The notes under the pieces were generated by a model. That model saw nothing but the letters and a program-made list of their open reading frames with translations. It was not told the DNA's origin and made no database searches. A program made the position numbers and the translations under genes. A DNA stretch of 64,000 bases, from positions 372,001-436,000 of the forward strand of contig RHPI01000638.1 in assembly GCA_009103225.1 (NCBI GenBank), given 5' to 3'. How positions within the stretch are numbered: the first letter of the stretch is position 1; each line of letters starts with the position of its first letter. This document shows, in pieces, positions 38,101 to 52,703 of the stretch. This DNA is from Chlorokybus atmophyticus. Its lineage: Eukaryota; Plantae; Mesostigma and Chlorokybus algae.

Positions 38101-41100
38101 TGCATGTCTTGCACTCAGCAGGGCAGGTCAACTATATGTATTCATGGGTGTGCACATAATCAAGACTGTTCTGTCAGCATATGCGCTCCTTGTTGTGCGG
38201 GCTAGCTAAAACATTGGCTTCTCCTCCGTGACTGCAGGTTGACGCCTCAGCAGCTGAGCTTGCAAGATTGACGCTGGATACAGAAAAGGCCCGCATGGCG
38301 CAGGTACAGGCTCAGAAGGGGCATAACTTGTTTACATGAACAAAACGCTCAGCACACATTTGTGTTGATATTGAGCAGGAGTCTATGATCTCTGAGGCGC
38401 AGCGGCAGAGAGCTGCACTGATTGAGGAGGCCGAGGCCATGGTGGCGCGTGCTCGCATGGATGCTGCACGTACCGAGAACGTCTTGCGCGAGCGTGCTGC
38501 GCAGGTGGAGTTGGCCCGTGCTGACTTTGAGGTATGCCAAGGAAGATGTGGTTTGGTTGACTTTCCTGTGCGGGGTGCTCAGGTTTGTACCCTGCGTGCA
38601 GAAAGAGAAGCACAAGCAGGAGGAAGTCTGGAAGGAGCAGCAGGAGCGACTTGCAGCAACACAGGAACGCGTCTCGCGTGACCTTCACAAGGTGCGTGCC
38701 AAGCAAAAGCTGCTGCCACACGTGTAGATGCTTGTGTGCAAGATGACAAACCACCCTCATTTCCGTTGCAGCTCCGCGAGGTGGAATCTGCTTTGCGCCA
38801 TCAGGAACTGGAAGGTTAGTGAAAGGTCACAGCTAGAGCTGTATGCGTGCGTGCGTGCGTGCGCAAGCGTGTGTGTGTGCCTACCAGCCGATTAACATTG
38901 CAGCCCCACTGACATTGTCTTGCACGCCAGTCTCTGAGGCTGCCAACGCGCTGGAGGTGCGGGCCCGCGACCTGGACCAGGCCGCAGCAGCGCAGGCCGA
39001 GCGTGCGGCAGCGCTGGCGGATGGCGAGGCCGCGCTGGAGGAGTACAAACGGGGGCTGCGTGCCGACGCACGCCGTACTCTCGCCGAGCGCGAGAGCCTG
39101 CTTGCCGAGTGGCAGGAGCGCCTCGCTGGAGAGGCCGAGCGCGCTGCCAGGGAGAGGCAAGAGCTGGAAGTGACCATGAAAAAGAGAGAAAAAGCAGGTG
39201 ACTTAGTGTGCGCCTTTCCCATTGACTGTGTTGTTGCTCTGGTTGGAGATGCCACCGTATTGTCCTGCCGGAATTGTGAAGCCTGTTGGTGATGGTTGAG
39301 TAATTTGTAGTGTCGGAGCGTGAGGTGGAGCTGTCAGCACGCGAGGCAGCCACAGCGCTTCTGGAGCAGCGGACAGTGCGCTTACGTGAGACCGAGGAGG
39401 CCTACAAGCATAAAGAGGAGGTGAATTCATCGTGCATCAATGCGTTGTGCTGACGAGCAGTGTCAGACTAACATGGGGACCATGCCAGGAGCTGAAGGCC
39501 CAGCTGGCCAGCTGTGAGAGAGAAACGCACAAGGCTGCAATGATGCAGGCAGAGGCCGCAGCCACAAAGGTACAGCGTATCATTGCAATACCATCGTTAT
39601 GTGGTGACTGCTCAGCTAAGTGTTAAATACACGCAGGCTGCATATGAGGAAGAGCACGATGCGCTGCAACGGCACGAGCACGAGGTGTCAATACGCGCCG
39701 AAGCTCTCAGAGTAAGTGGGTTGGGAGTGATTAGCGTGCGACTCGTGTGTATGTGCACCTATTTATGGTACTCCCGTTGTTGCACAGTCCCAACAGCAGA
39801 ACCTCCAGCAGCGTGAGGACGCCGTTAACGCGGCGGAGAAGGAGATTGCTGCCAGACGGGTGCAGCTGGAACATGCAGCAGAAGCTGTTGCAGCACGCGA
39901 GAAGGTGTGCACGCATTCGTGCCTCTACATCAGGTTCTAAGGGCTGACTCGTCGTGTCCAGGCAGCTGAAGACAGGTGGCGTTCCGCGGATGAGGCTCTT
40001 GCAGCGGTTTCCGCATGGGAGAGGCAGAAGGAGGTGGACGAGATGCGTCAAGCAAAGGTTGGCATGTGTGTCAACAGTGCTCGGTGACATAAAAGTCTAT
40101 CTGTCGTTGTAGGGATGCTTTAGCAACCTTTCTTTAGCAACCTTCTGTCAACACTATCACAAACCCTTACTTACACGTGCAGGAGCGCGAGCGCCTTGAT
40201 GCTGAACGAGTCCGTATTGATGCGGCAATTGCTGCGATTGATATTGAGCGCTGTCAGGTAAGAGCGAAGATGGCCAACAACAGCATTGAACAGGCTGTCA
40301 GCATCCTCGAGATTGTGACACTGGTATTGTGCAGATTGGCACGATGCGCCAAGCGCTGGAGGCCGCTGAGCGCGCTCTTGATGAGCATGAGGAGCGCATG
40401 CGTGCAACGTGGAGCACCGTGCGCTCTCACCATGCCACCCACACATCTCACGCTTCTCACACCCCCACGCACACCGCGACCTCGTCGCCCGTCCGCCAGC
40501 ACCCCTCCCCACTCTTCTTGGACGACGCACTCCTGCCGTTTAACCCGCCTCCCCTCACAGCAGACTCAAATGAGTTCCACGCGGCGCTCGTCAAGGAGCG
40601 CGCCGTGCTGTTGCAGAAGGAAGCCAGGCTGCAGCAGTGGGCAGCACGGCTTCAGCGCGAGGCCGAACGCCTTCACGTAAGTCCACATCTCCATCAGCAC
40701 ACTTGGCGGGGTGTTGTTCTCTGAGTATGTGGTCGCACACACATTTTACACAGAAAACATGTCTAGTCCAACAGATGAACCCACGCGGTTTGGGGTCACA
40801 TGCGTACTCTATGCATTGTTGCACACTGAGAGCCTAGTAGTGGCATCGGCTTCTGTATCTGTTGGAAGCACTTCTAAGACAATCTTACTGAAGTGGAGTG
40901 ATGGTTGCAGGGCTTGCAAGCAGAGCTGGTGACGCTGCAACGGGACTGCGATGCAGCGCGCGCGACACTTCAAGAGGAGCGGGCTCGCACGACTGAGGTG
41001 GAGGTTGAGCTCAGGGGCTGGGAGGAGGAGTTGCAGAAGGCTGCTGCGGTGAGTGCACACATGCACGTGCAGCAAGTTTACTCATGTGGGAGCAGTAACA

Positions 41101-44100
41101 GTCACAGTAAACATGTGCATCAACCAACGCCCTTCCCATACTCACAGGAGACCCAACAGCATGCACAAGAGCTTGATGCCACAGACCAGGAGCTTCATGA
41201 GCGCGAAGCCATGCACCAGCAGCGGTCAGATGAGCTGCGGGCACGCCTAGCAGAGGTACTGTTTGGACACGGTCATGCATCATCAAGTTAAGCGATGCCA
41301 GTGGTGCTGACGCACAATTGCACGAGACAGTGATATGCAGCCAGTTGTAGTCGATGCACCTACAAGCACTGTACGACATGCCATGGCCATCATACGCACG
41401 GGCACACAGAGGATACAGCAAGCAATATTTACAATCCTTGTGACTCGCACATCCACAGCATGCATCTTAGCTGTGCAACATCACAACGGCAGATGAATGA
41501 GCGAGAGACTCAGCTGCGCGAGCTCGAGCATGACTTGGAAGAGCAGAGTGCAGAGGTCGATGAGCGCTTGCGGGAGGCTGCGGCTGTAGAGAAGAACGCA
41601 CGCGCCATCAAGGATGCAGCCGAGGCTGCGGAGAAGGAGACGCGTGCTAAGCTTGTGCAGTGGGAGTGGGCCAAGGTATAACCTGTGGGTAATGCCCATT
41701 TGCAATATCACGTAAAACCCATTCAAACTGCTGCTCTGTTGTTTGCACATACAGCCAGTTGTAAGTTTCAGGCTGTGATGTCGTAAGTGCTGGCTGTTGT
41801 GCTATCTACCGAATAGTTTGTAGATATTGTGTATGTGATAAATGAGTACTACGACGTTACAACATTATGGTATGATTGTTGACTGATACTGTGCATGCAC
41901 AGGATCTTGATGCCAAGGACAGGGAGGTGCAGGTGCTCAAGAAGTCGGTTGAGGATATAGAGAAGAGAAAGAAGGAGGTACGAGTTTGTGGATCAAGTTG
42001 TTGCAGGTTACATGATGCTGAAACGCTGCCAATTGGCAGGCGGATGAGAAGGGGGCTGCTATTGCCATTGAGGCTGAGAAGCTGCAAGCACAGCGCGCAG
42101 AGATTGACGCCAAGCTGAAAAAGCTCGAACAGGTGTGTTTGCACCACAGAGTTGTTTTAAGCACGCTCTTCAGTGACTTCTCTTCTAGTGACTTGTCACA
42201 TCATGTGGAGCATATAGCAATTGACATGCTGTGTGCAGGATGTGGAGCTGGCAAACAGTGCGCGTTCTATGCACGCACAGGCTGTGCAACAGCTAGAAGC
42301 CGCCCGCAGGTACTGCACAATGTTGAATTGCTGCCAAAGAGCGCTGTGGTTGCTGCAACTCAAGTTCCTCACTTGCTAGGGCTGAGGAGAGTGCGTCACT
42401 GATCGAGAGGACCGCCCGCAGCTCCCAAGCGGACCTCGCAGACGCCCGTGCACGCGCCACAGAGGAGGACGCTGCGCGGCGCCGACGTGCTGAGGCCGCA
42501 GACGCTGCACTGTCCGAGCGGGAGGGCCGTGTCGAGGGTCGCGAGGTGCTTGTGGATTCTTTTGGTTTGATGCTGAGCATTTCTGCAAATCGCACTGCGC
42601 ACCACAGCACCGCACTGTACACCATGACACATTGTCTATTTTGCATTTTGGTTTGCGAGTGCTTACGTCCATACAAGTGCGTGTCGCTAGGTTGCTGTTA
42701 GGTCCAGAGAGCACAAGCTTGAGCGCGAGCTGGCGTCATTCCATGCGGAAGTTGAGCGCCACACCGCCCAAGCTCAGGTGCAACATTGCATCTGCTGGTT
42801 GTGTACACGTGCAACTGGTAAGTCCATGTGGCAAACATTGCATCTTGCATGCAGGCACAGCAAGCTGCTTTGGTCCAGCACGAACACGACCTCGCAACCC
42901 GCGAGGCCACACTGCGCCGCGAGCTCGCGAGGTTAGGAGCTGAGAGGGAGGGCCTGGAGGCCGAGAAGGACGAACTGGCCCGGAAGGAGTCACAGGTGCA
43001 GGATCGACCATGCATTTGAACTGACTGTGCACACGCTGTGTGGCCTTATTGTGGTGTCTGTGGATGAACAGCTGTTCCAACTCGAGAGGAGTCTTGCCGA
43101 CTTGCGTGCATCGCTGTCGGCAGACAAGAAGGCGCATGAGGAGGAGCTTGCAGATGCGCGCGCTGACATTGACACACAACAGAAGACCCTCAAGGAGCAG
43201 ATCAGGGATGCTGCGCATAGCCTCACCCAGCTGCAGAGCAAAGAAGAAACCTGCAGCAGACGGGAGGCCGAACTCAAGGATCTCGCCACTCAGCTGGTGA
43301 ACAACACACTCATCATGCATCTCTTTGTTCTAAAAACGAACAAACAAGTTCCAATCAGGTCTTTTGCTTTGCAGAGAGAAAGAGAGCTGAAAATGGAGGC
43401 AGCAGAGAAAACTTTGCAGGACCGTGAAGTGGAGGTGGCCAAATCAGCACAGGTGAGCGTGAACTATGCGCGTGTGTGTGTGCATGTGCGTGTGATGAAG
43501 ACCATGTGTTCATTTGCACATATTGCTCTGCAGGACACTGCACAGATGCAACAGGTTGTAGAAGCAGTGCGTCTTCGCAATGAGGAGGCTTTGCAGATGC
43601 TGTCGGCACAGCAGGAACAGCTGACGCAAGAGCGTGCTTCATTGGACAGCCTGGAGCGCGCTTGCTCAGAGACAGAGCGCAGGTTGGCTGCGCAGGAGGC
43701 GGCTGCAGACAAGCTCTCGGTTGAGATTGATGCCCGCGAGGAGAAAATAAATGCGAATGAGGTGAGGATGCGAGAGTGGGATGAACGCTTGCGCAACAGA
43801 GAGAAGAGTGTTGAACAGCGCGAGAACGCCGCTCGGGCACTGGAAGCTAGATTGAAGGAGCACTCCGCACAGCTCCAGGTATGTGTTTTGCGTAGCTGGT
43901 GTTGTGCTGTGGGACTCTGTTGTGTGTTGGCATGACAGCGACGCACTCGCATGCAACAGACACAACAGCAAGCACTGCAGCACGATGTGGAGTGTTTGGA
44001 GGAAGACCAGCGGGATCAGGACGCGCGGGCGGATGCTGTGGCGGAGGCTGAGACGCACCTCGCGCAACTGCTGAAGCAGACAGAAGCTGAGCTTGTAAGT

Positions 44101-47100
44101 GCCCGCCACGAGCACGAGGAGCTCAAAGCCCAACGCAAACAGGTCGCGTCAGCCCTCGCGGAGGCGCAAAAGCGAGAACGCAACACTCTGGAAACCCAAC
44201 ACATGGCAGAAGAAAGGCTCCGTGCTGCAGAAGAACGGCTCCAGTCTGTCGTGCAACGCGAAGAGCGCGCATTGTCCATGCAAGCGCAACTCTCTGAAGG
44301 TGCGTGCGTGTGTGTGCGCACGCACGTATGCGTGTGGCAGTGCGTGTAGCTACATTTATGTCTGTGTCTGTGTCTGAGTCTATCACATCACAGCCCGTGA
44401 AAGTTTGGTGCCTGCTCACTCTTGATTTGCAGAGCGCCAGCGTCTTGATGCAATGTCTGCGGAGCAAACGCGGTCTGCCCTCGCCGTTCAGCGTGCCCGG
44501 GATGCATGGGAGGGTGGGTCTAACGAGCGGGAGGCGGAGCTACTGCAGCTGAGCGCGCTGCGTGAGGAGGTGCATGCCGCCAGGCTCGCTGTCACCACTG
44601 ACAAAGATTACGTGGAAAAGAGGCAGAAAGAACTTGGAGAGGTGGAGCAGAGAGTCAAAGAGGTGTGCCCAATATGCAGTTGTGGATGCATCACAGGGGG
44701 ACTTTGTCATGTATGTGGCGCCTTCCTTGGCGGTCTCACTGATGGTGTGCTGGCTTTGCAGTGTTATGAAGCTATTGAAGCTTTGGTCGCAAAGGGTCTG
44801 CATGAGGCAGACCGAGTGCAATCAGCCTTCAAAGCGGACATTGCTGAGTTGGCGGACTTGGAAGCGTATCTGTCAGCAGACAGGGAGACGTGCTTGGCAG
44901 CTGTGTCCGAAGCCAGATCAGTTGCTGCGGAAGCTGCTCATAGCCGCGACGAAGCCGCGAAGGCACTGGCTGTAGCAGAGAAGAAGTGGACAGAAGCCAC
45001 CACTACTGCCAATGCCGCACGGGAAGCCAAAACCAAGCTTCATGAAGAAGTTGCTAGCTGGGAATGCGGAAATACCGCCAGGCGCCAAGAGCTTGCACTC
45101 ATTGAGAAGCAACGCAAGGAACTGGACGAAGCCTATACCAGCCTCAAACAGGTGCATCAGCAAACGCCACATTTGTTGGTGCTGCGGCAAACACTCTTGG
45201 CTGACTTTTGTTTGCTCTGCAGGAGCAAGACCAGGTAGCCAAACTAACAGTGCAGCTGAAGGCAAGGGAGAGAGCTATTCTGTCTCAAGAGGATGACGCA
45301 AGTGTCGCTGCAACCAATGTGCAGAACCAGCAAGCTCAGTTGACTAAAGCTATTGATGCGGCGATGAACCGTGAAGAGGCCGCACTGCGTTTGCAGCAAG
45401 ACTTGCATGCTAAAGCACGCGAGCTGGATGCTCGCGCAGAGCAGTTGGCTCAGGCGCAGGCAGAGGCAGCAAGAGTGCAAGAGAAGCAGGAAGCCAAACT
45501 GGCGCAGCGAGATGAGTGGCTACAGCAGCGTGAACGGGCGCTCGAGCTTCGCATGAAAGCCGTTGAAGAGATGCAAGGCTTAGCCGAAATGTCGCAGTCT
45601 GAGGGCCAACGCGTGGCAGGAAGACTGGCAGAGCAGCAGGCTGCATTGGATGCACGGGAAGCCAACATCCAGCTGCAGGAAGCCGATCTGCGACACCAGC
45701 TTTCGCTGCTGACGGACAGGGAAGCCGTTTGCATGCAGCGGGAAGGGGCGCTTGCACGCAGGGAGGAGAAGTCCAGGGAAGCCACTGAGGTTGCGATGAA
45801 GGAAGTGGCTTCTGCTAGGCGCAAGCTGAGCGAAGAGGAGATCGCTCTGAATGACAGGCATGCACAGCTCAAAGTTGTCCAGCAGGCGATTGAGAAGCGA
45901 GAAAGAGCGTGCGCAGAGCGAGAAAAAGCTGTTACCAGTTCCGCTGCTGCAGCTGCCGCAGCAGAAGCGGCCGCTGCACAGCGCCAGAGCGAGGTGGAGA
46001 AGCGAGATGCTCAGATGCGGCAGCTGCAGTCCGTTCTGAGCTCTCGCGAGGTACTAGAACACATCAGAGGCTCTCCTGTTGTAATGTCACTGTCACTGTT
46101 AGTGCTGCTGTCATTATCGATTGGTGCTGTCGTTGTTGTTGTTGTTGTTGGTTGCTGCTGCCCCTGTGCAGTGCATGACCATTGTGAATGGTAATAAGCT
46201 CCAGTGCAGGCGGCATGTGCTGAACGTGAGCGCGACCTTGCTACTCGCACTGCGCAACAAGCAGCGGAGACGAAGCGCATAAGCGACCGCGAGCGCCATC
46301 TTGCCAACAAGGAAAAGGAAGTGAAGGTCATGTTGGACCGCACGCATGCACTTCAAGAAACTGTGAAGTCCGCTCAAGAAGGCCTTCACCAGCGCGTAAG
46401 CATATTGCCGCCATATCATGTTGTTCTTAACAACCGAACAGTACTAACAAAGGTCTTTTCAGGAAGCGGAGTTGACGCAGCGAGAGAACTCCCTAACGGA
46501 AGCTAAAACACGTGCAGTAGCGGAAATGGAGGTAGCCAAGGCCGAGTCGGCTCAGCTGCGAGCCAGTCAGGAGCGCGCTGCGCGTCAACTCGGGGAGCGG
46601 GAAGCCGCGCTCAAGGAGCGATCGGAGGTCATACGCAAAAGGGAAGCTGAACTGCAGGCCTCTGTGGCTGCGGCTGAAGCCAAGGCGGCTGAGTTGCGCG
46701 AGCGTGAGCAGATATGTGTTGCACGAGAAGAAGCGCTTCAGCTTCAACAACGGTATGTGTGCATGCTCAAGTGATTAAATGAATATCGCACTGTCTTTGA
46801 GCGTGTGCGTACACTTGCATGTGTCTGGTGATGCATGATATGTGTACTTCATGGACTTCACACTTTGTGCCTGTAGATCATGCATGCTGTTGTCGAAGCT
46901 ACGTTGAGTACGTGAGTGATATAGCAACGGTTGTTTCTTGAACTGCAGGAAGGCGCAGGAAGCTTTGTCACTGCAGAAGCGGACTCTGGAGGAGTCGGCC
47001 AGGGCGCTGGCAAGGCGCGAGTCAGAGGCGAGGGCGTGGGAAGAGAGGCTTGCGCGGCAGCGTGACGAGCTGGCTCGACGGGAGCGAGCAGCCGCCGATA

Positions 47101-48468
47101 AGATACGCGAGGCTACGCAGGCTGTGTCTATGGCCAGCGCTGCACACACCTCCCTGCAGGTGAAATGATCACATGCATATAAAGTGGTTATGTGTGCATC
47201 CCATGAAAATCAATCAACGTGTAGTATTCACACATTGTATGTGTGAAGGCGCAAGTAGAGGCGGTAGCAGATGAAAGAAGACGCGAGCGCACAAGTTCAA
47301 GTGCAGAAGTGTTGGCATTGCGAGCAAGTATGGAGGGTTTGCAGGGCTTGCATCATGCGAACAACAACAACAGCACGCCGGTGCACTCGCCGGTCTCCAC
47401 GCCTCCTGGGAAGGAGTCACCCAACCATGAGGGCACGCCGCTGGAACTGCGCCGCCAGCTGGACGCGCTCCTGAGTTCGCTTGCGATGGCTGCAAATACA
47501 GGTGAAGAGCGGCTGCGGCGAGTAGAGGGCGTGTTGGCGTCCATGAGAGGTGGGGGCCAACAACAAGGGTACGACGCTGAGAGCGATGGCATTCGCTCTG
47601 CTCTTGCGGCACTCCGAAGACAACTCCAGGAGCTCGCTATTGAAGAGAGGGCTTTCAACGCAGAAGCACCAGGAGCTGTTACTCGCAGAGCCGCACAGGC
47701 ACTGATACAACGCATTGAGCAGGCTCAGGTACAGTGTGTGCATGCGCGCGCGCGTGTACTTGTTTGTGCATATAGCGTATTGCATGCACGCATGGTGTCA
47801 CTTATGCACTTGGTATGTGCACTTACCTTGTGTACTGTTCAGCGCCGGAGGTCGCTTTGGGAAGAGCAGTTGCAAGGGCAGCTGGGCGCGATTGCAGCCT
47901 TGCAAACCAACGCTGGCCGAATAAGCGCTCGAAGCACACCAATGCGACAGACGCCTCACCCCGCTACGATTACAACCACGCCTACCTCTGCTGCCAGGCC
48001 GCACGATAACAACACTGCCAGCAATGCCCTTGATGACAATGTGAGGCGCCGCATTCTCTCGTCTCCTGGTTGGTTGGACCCCTCATTGTCACAACCAAAC
48101 AGCCACGCGAACACGCCAGTTAGGGAACACGCTGCAGGGGACAATGACACGGATGAGCGGATGAAGTCGCTGCTAAAGGAGCGTCAAAAGCTTGTGGCAC
48201 AAGTTCAGGTGAGTGGGTTATCGCATGAGGGTTGTATCAGCATGAACTTCTTCTTGTTGTGCTGACATGGCTTTGCATTCACTCAGGAGCTTTCACAAAG
48301 GCATTACTCCAGTGCGCCAGATAATGAAGCCGAGCGGACCAGCGCAGATGTGGCTGCGGCCCGTGCGGTGATGGCGCATGTGGATGCAGCCCTTGCGGAG
48401 GACTCTGCAGAGGGAGGGCGCCTGAAGAGCGAGGTGAAGTTATGTAGTGAGAGTGTACAGAAAATCTG
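35176..48468 (+). CDS. Giant Ala/Glu/Arg/Gln-rich coiled-coil protein, roughly 44 exons and about 2600 aa by eye
   Basis: Chain of short GT-AG bounded exons with heptad-like E/R/A/Q content (for example ORFs 45208-46194, 43027-43935, 47243-48265). Low-complexity S/T/P/H/N termini. No catalytic motif seen; exact start and stop uncertain. Confidence 0.75.
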
Positions 48469-49112
48469 ACACAGAACCATGCTTGGTTCTGTATTAGATC
48501 ACCCTTATGTATGCCTATATGTATTTCCTAGCACGTTACAGACTATGTTCGAGTACACATAAACTTGCTTGGAAGTTGCTTCGAATGCCTTTGTTAGTAC
48601 ATCACAGTCTAGGACTCACAGACTGCCAGCTCCAGCATTACCTGCTACTTATGTGCTGCTACGAAGCGTGTAGCCAGTGGGCGGATGTCATGGTGTACAC
48701 AACGGCTCACATGCACAGGAGGATGCACAGTCACGCATGAGATGCATACTTATTACTAGAAGTTCTAGTCTAGTACTGACAACTTCACCCTAACAATGTC
48801 TAAGCACTCACACAAGCGAGAGATGTCGCTGCTCAAAAGCAGCGTGCTTCACCTGGTATCGCGCAGAAAATGCGCAAGAGAAGCTTGATTCCTTCTATTC
48901 CATGATGGCACACTGGCAATATCAGTGACAAGCTATGAATGTTGACTAGGACAGTAACACACTAATCAGCTGAATCTGCACAGGCTCCAGCCTGCCTAAC
49001 CTACACAAGTCACTTGCATGCAATTGCATGAAGCGAGCAGTGGGGAAATGTCATGCGTCCACAAAGTACCTCGTTCAATTTCTTGTGAAATGCAGCCTAT
49101 CACAACCAACGA

Positions 49113-52050
49113 CTAATCAGTAGGCTCAACAAAGTCCAGAAGGTTTCGAAGATGACTGCGCGCAAGCGCTGTGGCGTTCAGCACATGCAAGCGCGACATC
49201 TGTTCGGCAGGTTTCTCCAGCAGTCCGGATAGCGCCTCGGTAGACTTCTCAAGATCCTCCTGATAAAACTCAAAGCGCGTCTTCCGCTCTCCTCGGCCCA
49301 TGTAGTAACCAAAGACATACGTAAACTGCAGCGTGCGCCGACACTGCACAAAATGAACAGGGTTGAGCATTGCTGTCACCAAAACACTGCTTTTCATGAC
49401 AATATTGCATCGGTACTGATGCATGCTGCTTACATCCAGAAGCTGCGAGTAGGCGTCTTTGATGTAAGCCACATCAAGGTACGTGGTTCCTGGCTTTGAC
49501 TGCATGGCCTCCATCTTGGCTTTGCCGTATGCAGCAGCTGCCTCTAGTTCCCGCGACTTGGCGTGGTTGCTGTAGCGATGATAGTAATGCAAGTACCGCT
49601 CCAAAGCAATCTTGGAGGCGTCAGCGTGCTTGCGTTCCACACGGGTTGGGTCGTACCTACACACACAAGTAAATATACAAGTTTGTGGCGATACTCGCGT
49701 ACAGGATGTGTGCATGAGCGTATGGACGTGCACTCGCGCCGGAGTGTACAAGCTGAGTGACAATTAAAGAAGCTGAACAACATGAATGATTTTGATTGTC
49801 GGATGACTATGCACAAGAATTCTTTGGTGATAGCCAAGTAGGCTACCTGTTGCAGGCATAGTACCCTCCTGTCGACTCTCCATGCTCTTTCCATGGCTCT
49901 GCACAGACCCAGCAGAACTCATGCCGGCATTGCTTGCACACCTGGTAACATACACATAAGCACCCAACCAGCAGCACGAGTCACCAATGCTGAGATGCAA
50001 ACAGACATTCTCACCATGTGATTGCAGCCGCCATTCTTTTGTATCGCGCTTTTGCAGCTGGGGCATGTCAACGTGTTAGCCGCCAGCCAGTTGGCAGTTT
50101 CGCTGTCATCTTTGCACTTGATCAACCATTTTCTGAGCGTGTCACAGTTGACGGGCACATGCGACTCTTGATTGCATTTGTAGCAGAAGGAGAAGCCGCA
50201 CGCGCAGCGCACTGCAGTGTTATTGACACCTGTCAACCCTTTCACGGATATCGCACGACCACATGACGGTGCGGGACACCTGGCAAGATCACATAAACCG
50301 GTTGATAATGGCTTGAAGGAGGACGCAATAGGATCTCATATGCGTACAACAGCTTGTGTACCAGTGTAGTGAGGGATTGTTGTCCACATAAGAGCGCTCA
50401 AGGTAACCAGAGTATTTTTGCCACAGACCAGGTGTAAGGTGCCTGCAACATGAAGTGTGAAATGCTCAGACTTTCAGTGCATTCCAGCTATGTTAGTTCA
50501 TACCTGTGGACAACGTCTTCATCAACAAGGACGCTGCACTTATACGCTATACACGTCATGAATATACACGATGGACCTGCATACAAGTGTTTGTGTGAGG
50601 TTTCATTGCAAACAGCATAACTGGCTAACTGTGTGCCAAGGCACATGTAACAATACAACAACGCACCCTCCAGGACTTTGCCTTCAAGGTATTGCTCCCA
50701 GCAAGCGAAGCAGAAGCGATGGCCGCAGCCAAGCGCGGTGCTCAGTTCCAGCAGGCAGCTCTCTGTGCAGACCGGGCAGATGAACTCGGCACTGATTAAT
50801 GTATGGTCTTGCACTGCCGAAGATGATCCGCTGTCAGACGACGCCTCGGATAAGCTTGATGCCGTCCACTGCGACAGCTGGCGACTGTGGACACCGGCCT
50901 TCTGGCACACGCCCTCTGCGTCCTCTATGTATCTGCAAACAATTGTGTTGTTGCATTTCATGTACATACACTCATTGAAGTGGTGCGTACTGTGATGTGA
51001 CCAGTATGGCCATGTAACAGTGCAGCTCTGTTCTGGTGATAATAACGGTTTGTGTAGGATAGCAAAACAATAACTGTGGTCGTTGTGATAAGCATGCAAG
51101 CATACCGTTCAAGCAGCTGCTCTCGGTTCCATTTGAAGTGGCGCAATAGCGCTCCAGCTACTGAAGGCGGCAGGTTCAAGATCTCAGACACACATCGCAC
51201 CTCTTCTTGTCGATGTCTTTGCATCTGCACAAGGTGACAACATAAACCCGTTATAATCTATCAATGCACTGAGGTCAACACAATGACAGCATGCACGCGG
51301 GTCATGTGAGCCTTGTGTAAATGGCATAAAAGTGATTAACGACGGTGGAGCAACAACATCAACTGGCATTGATGACTACCAAGAGTAACAATGTTGGCGT
51401 TGATGGTGACAGGACAATCAACACAAGGCCACACAGTTACAGCTACAAACGCCGATCCTTAACAATGATAACGACGAAAGCAACTCACTTAGCGCCCCCT
51501 CCTGAGTGCGGTAAACTTCATTGTCACTTGCGTTCTGTGTTTAGTTGTGTTTTGCTAAATGTACGTCATGCTTACCTGAAAGCTCGAGTTGGGATGTCCT
51601 AGTAACGGCTATGGGAAATGAGTACAGTCGAGCGACTGCTGCCTCTGTAGTATAATGATAGTACTGTTTAAATGTTATTGTTGTTGATGCCTGTTTATCA
51701 CTGTTGTTGTTATTATCATTGCCATGTATGCCTTATTGCTACTATAGGTGACTGCTTGCCTTAACAAGGCCACGCCATGTTTGTACTGGACCGCACTCAG
51801 TGTTGATTTGGTGTTATGGTTAGACACAAGCATCCAACATTTCAAGCACAGAACATGCAGCAATGCTCACCATGTCGGCGTCAAGCACATCCACACTGAC
51901 GTCCTCCAACTTCCTCTGGAGCTCAGTATGGATTGGGGAGGCCACGAAGGAGAAATCGGCGTCATCGTCATCATCTCCATACGCCTCTTCCTCCTCTGCC
52001 TCACCGTCATCCGACTCAAACTCGTACTCAAACCCCCTAACTTCTGTCAT
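49113..52050 (-). CDS. ARI: ARIADNE-family RBR E3 ubiquitin ligase
   Basis: Acidic N-terminus; [16 protein letters not shown]; RING1 CPVC...[14 protein letters not shown]; IBR CPAPSC...[21 protein letters not shown]; RING2 [25 protein letters not shown]; Ariadne domain [12 protein letters not shown]...[14 protein letters not shown]...FEFYQEDLE. Confidence 0.93.
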
Positions 52051-52703
52051 TATCTTGTCTATCCTCTTGTCTGAAGAAAACAAGAAGTTTTCTCCAAGAT
52101 TCGGCTGAGCTTATGACAGTCAAACGTTCAATAATTCTAACCCCAGCAGGAAAGCATTCAGAAATTCCGCCTCTGTCTAATCTAAACGCTCTTGCCGCTG
52201 CAAATACACACAACACAACCTTCTAATGTTCGACAAGACAGCCAGTAGACAACGTTCCAACTGTGGAAAAGCACGGTTTTCACTTGCTGGCAGGCGATAT
52301 ATTGTGATTGCCTTGCAGCAGGCGAGCAAGGCAAGTCAGCTTGAACAGTGGTGGCGCTCACAACACGACGAGCTTTGCTAGGCCAAAACAGCCATCAGTG
52401 GGCGACAGGCGGACGAGTCGCAGATCTACGCCTGCACGACACCCCTACCACCCCCGCCCCCGCCACCGACGACGCCCGGCCTCCTGCACCGCCTGCCACG
52501 TGGCACCGCTGAAACAGCAGCAGCTGTCAAAGCGAGACCTAAAAGCGAAATCGCGGTGGTTTGGCAGCCTGCTCATGGATTAAGCGTAGCGAAATGGCAG
52601 TCGCTGTGAGTCAAGCTCTGTCACTGCCGGTTTTCACAGGCTGTGACAAATTGTGCAGCTTGTTGCTTTCGCTTCACGTCAAGCAGTAGCGACTTCTGCA
52701 TTA

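Noticed and set aside
36431-47785. Many minus-strand Ser/Ala/Arg-rich ORFs
   Set aside because: Antisense shadows of the coiled-coil exons.
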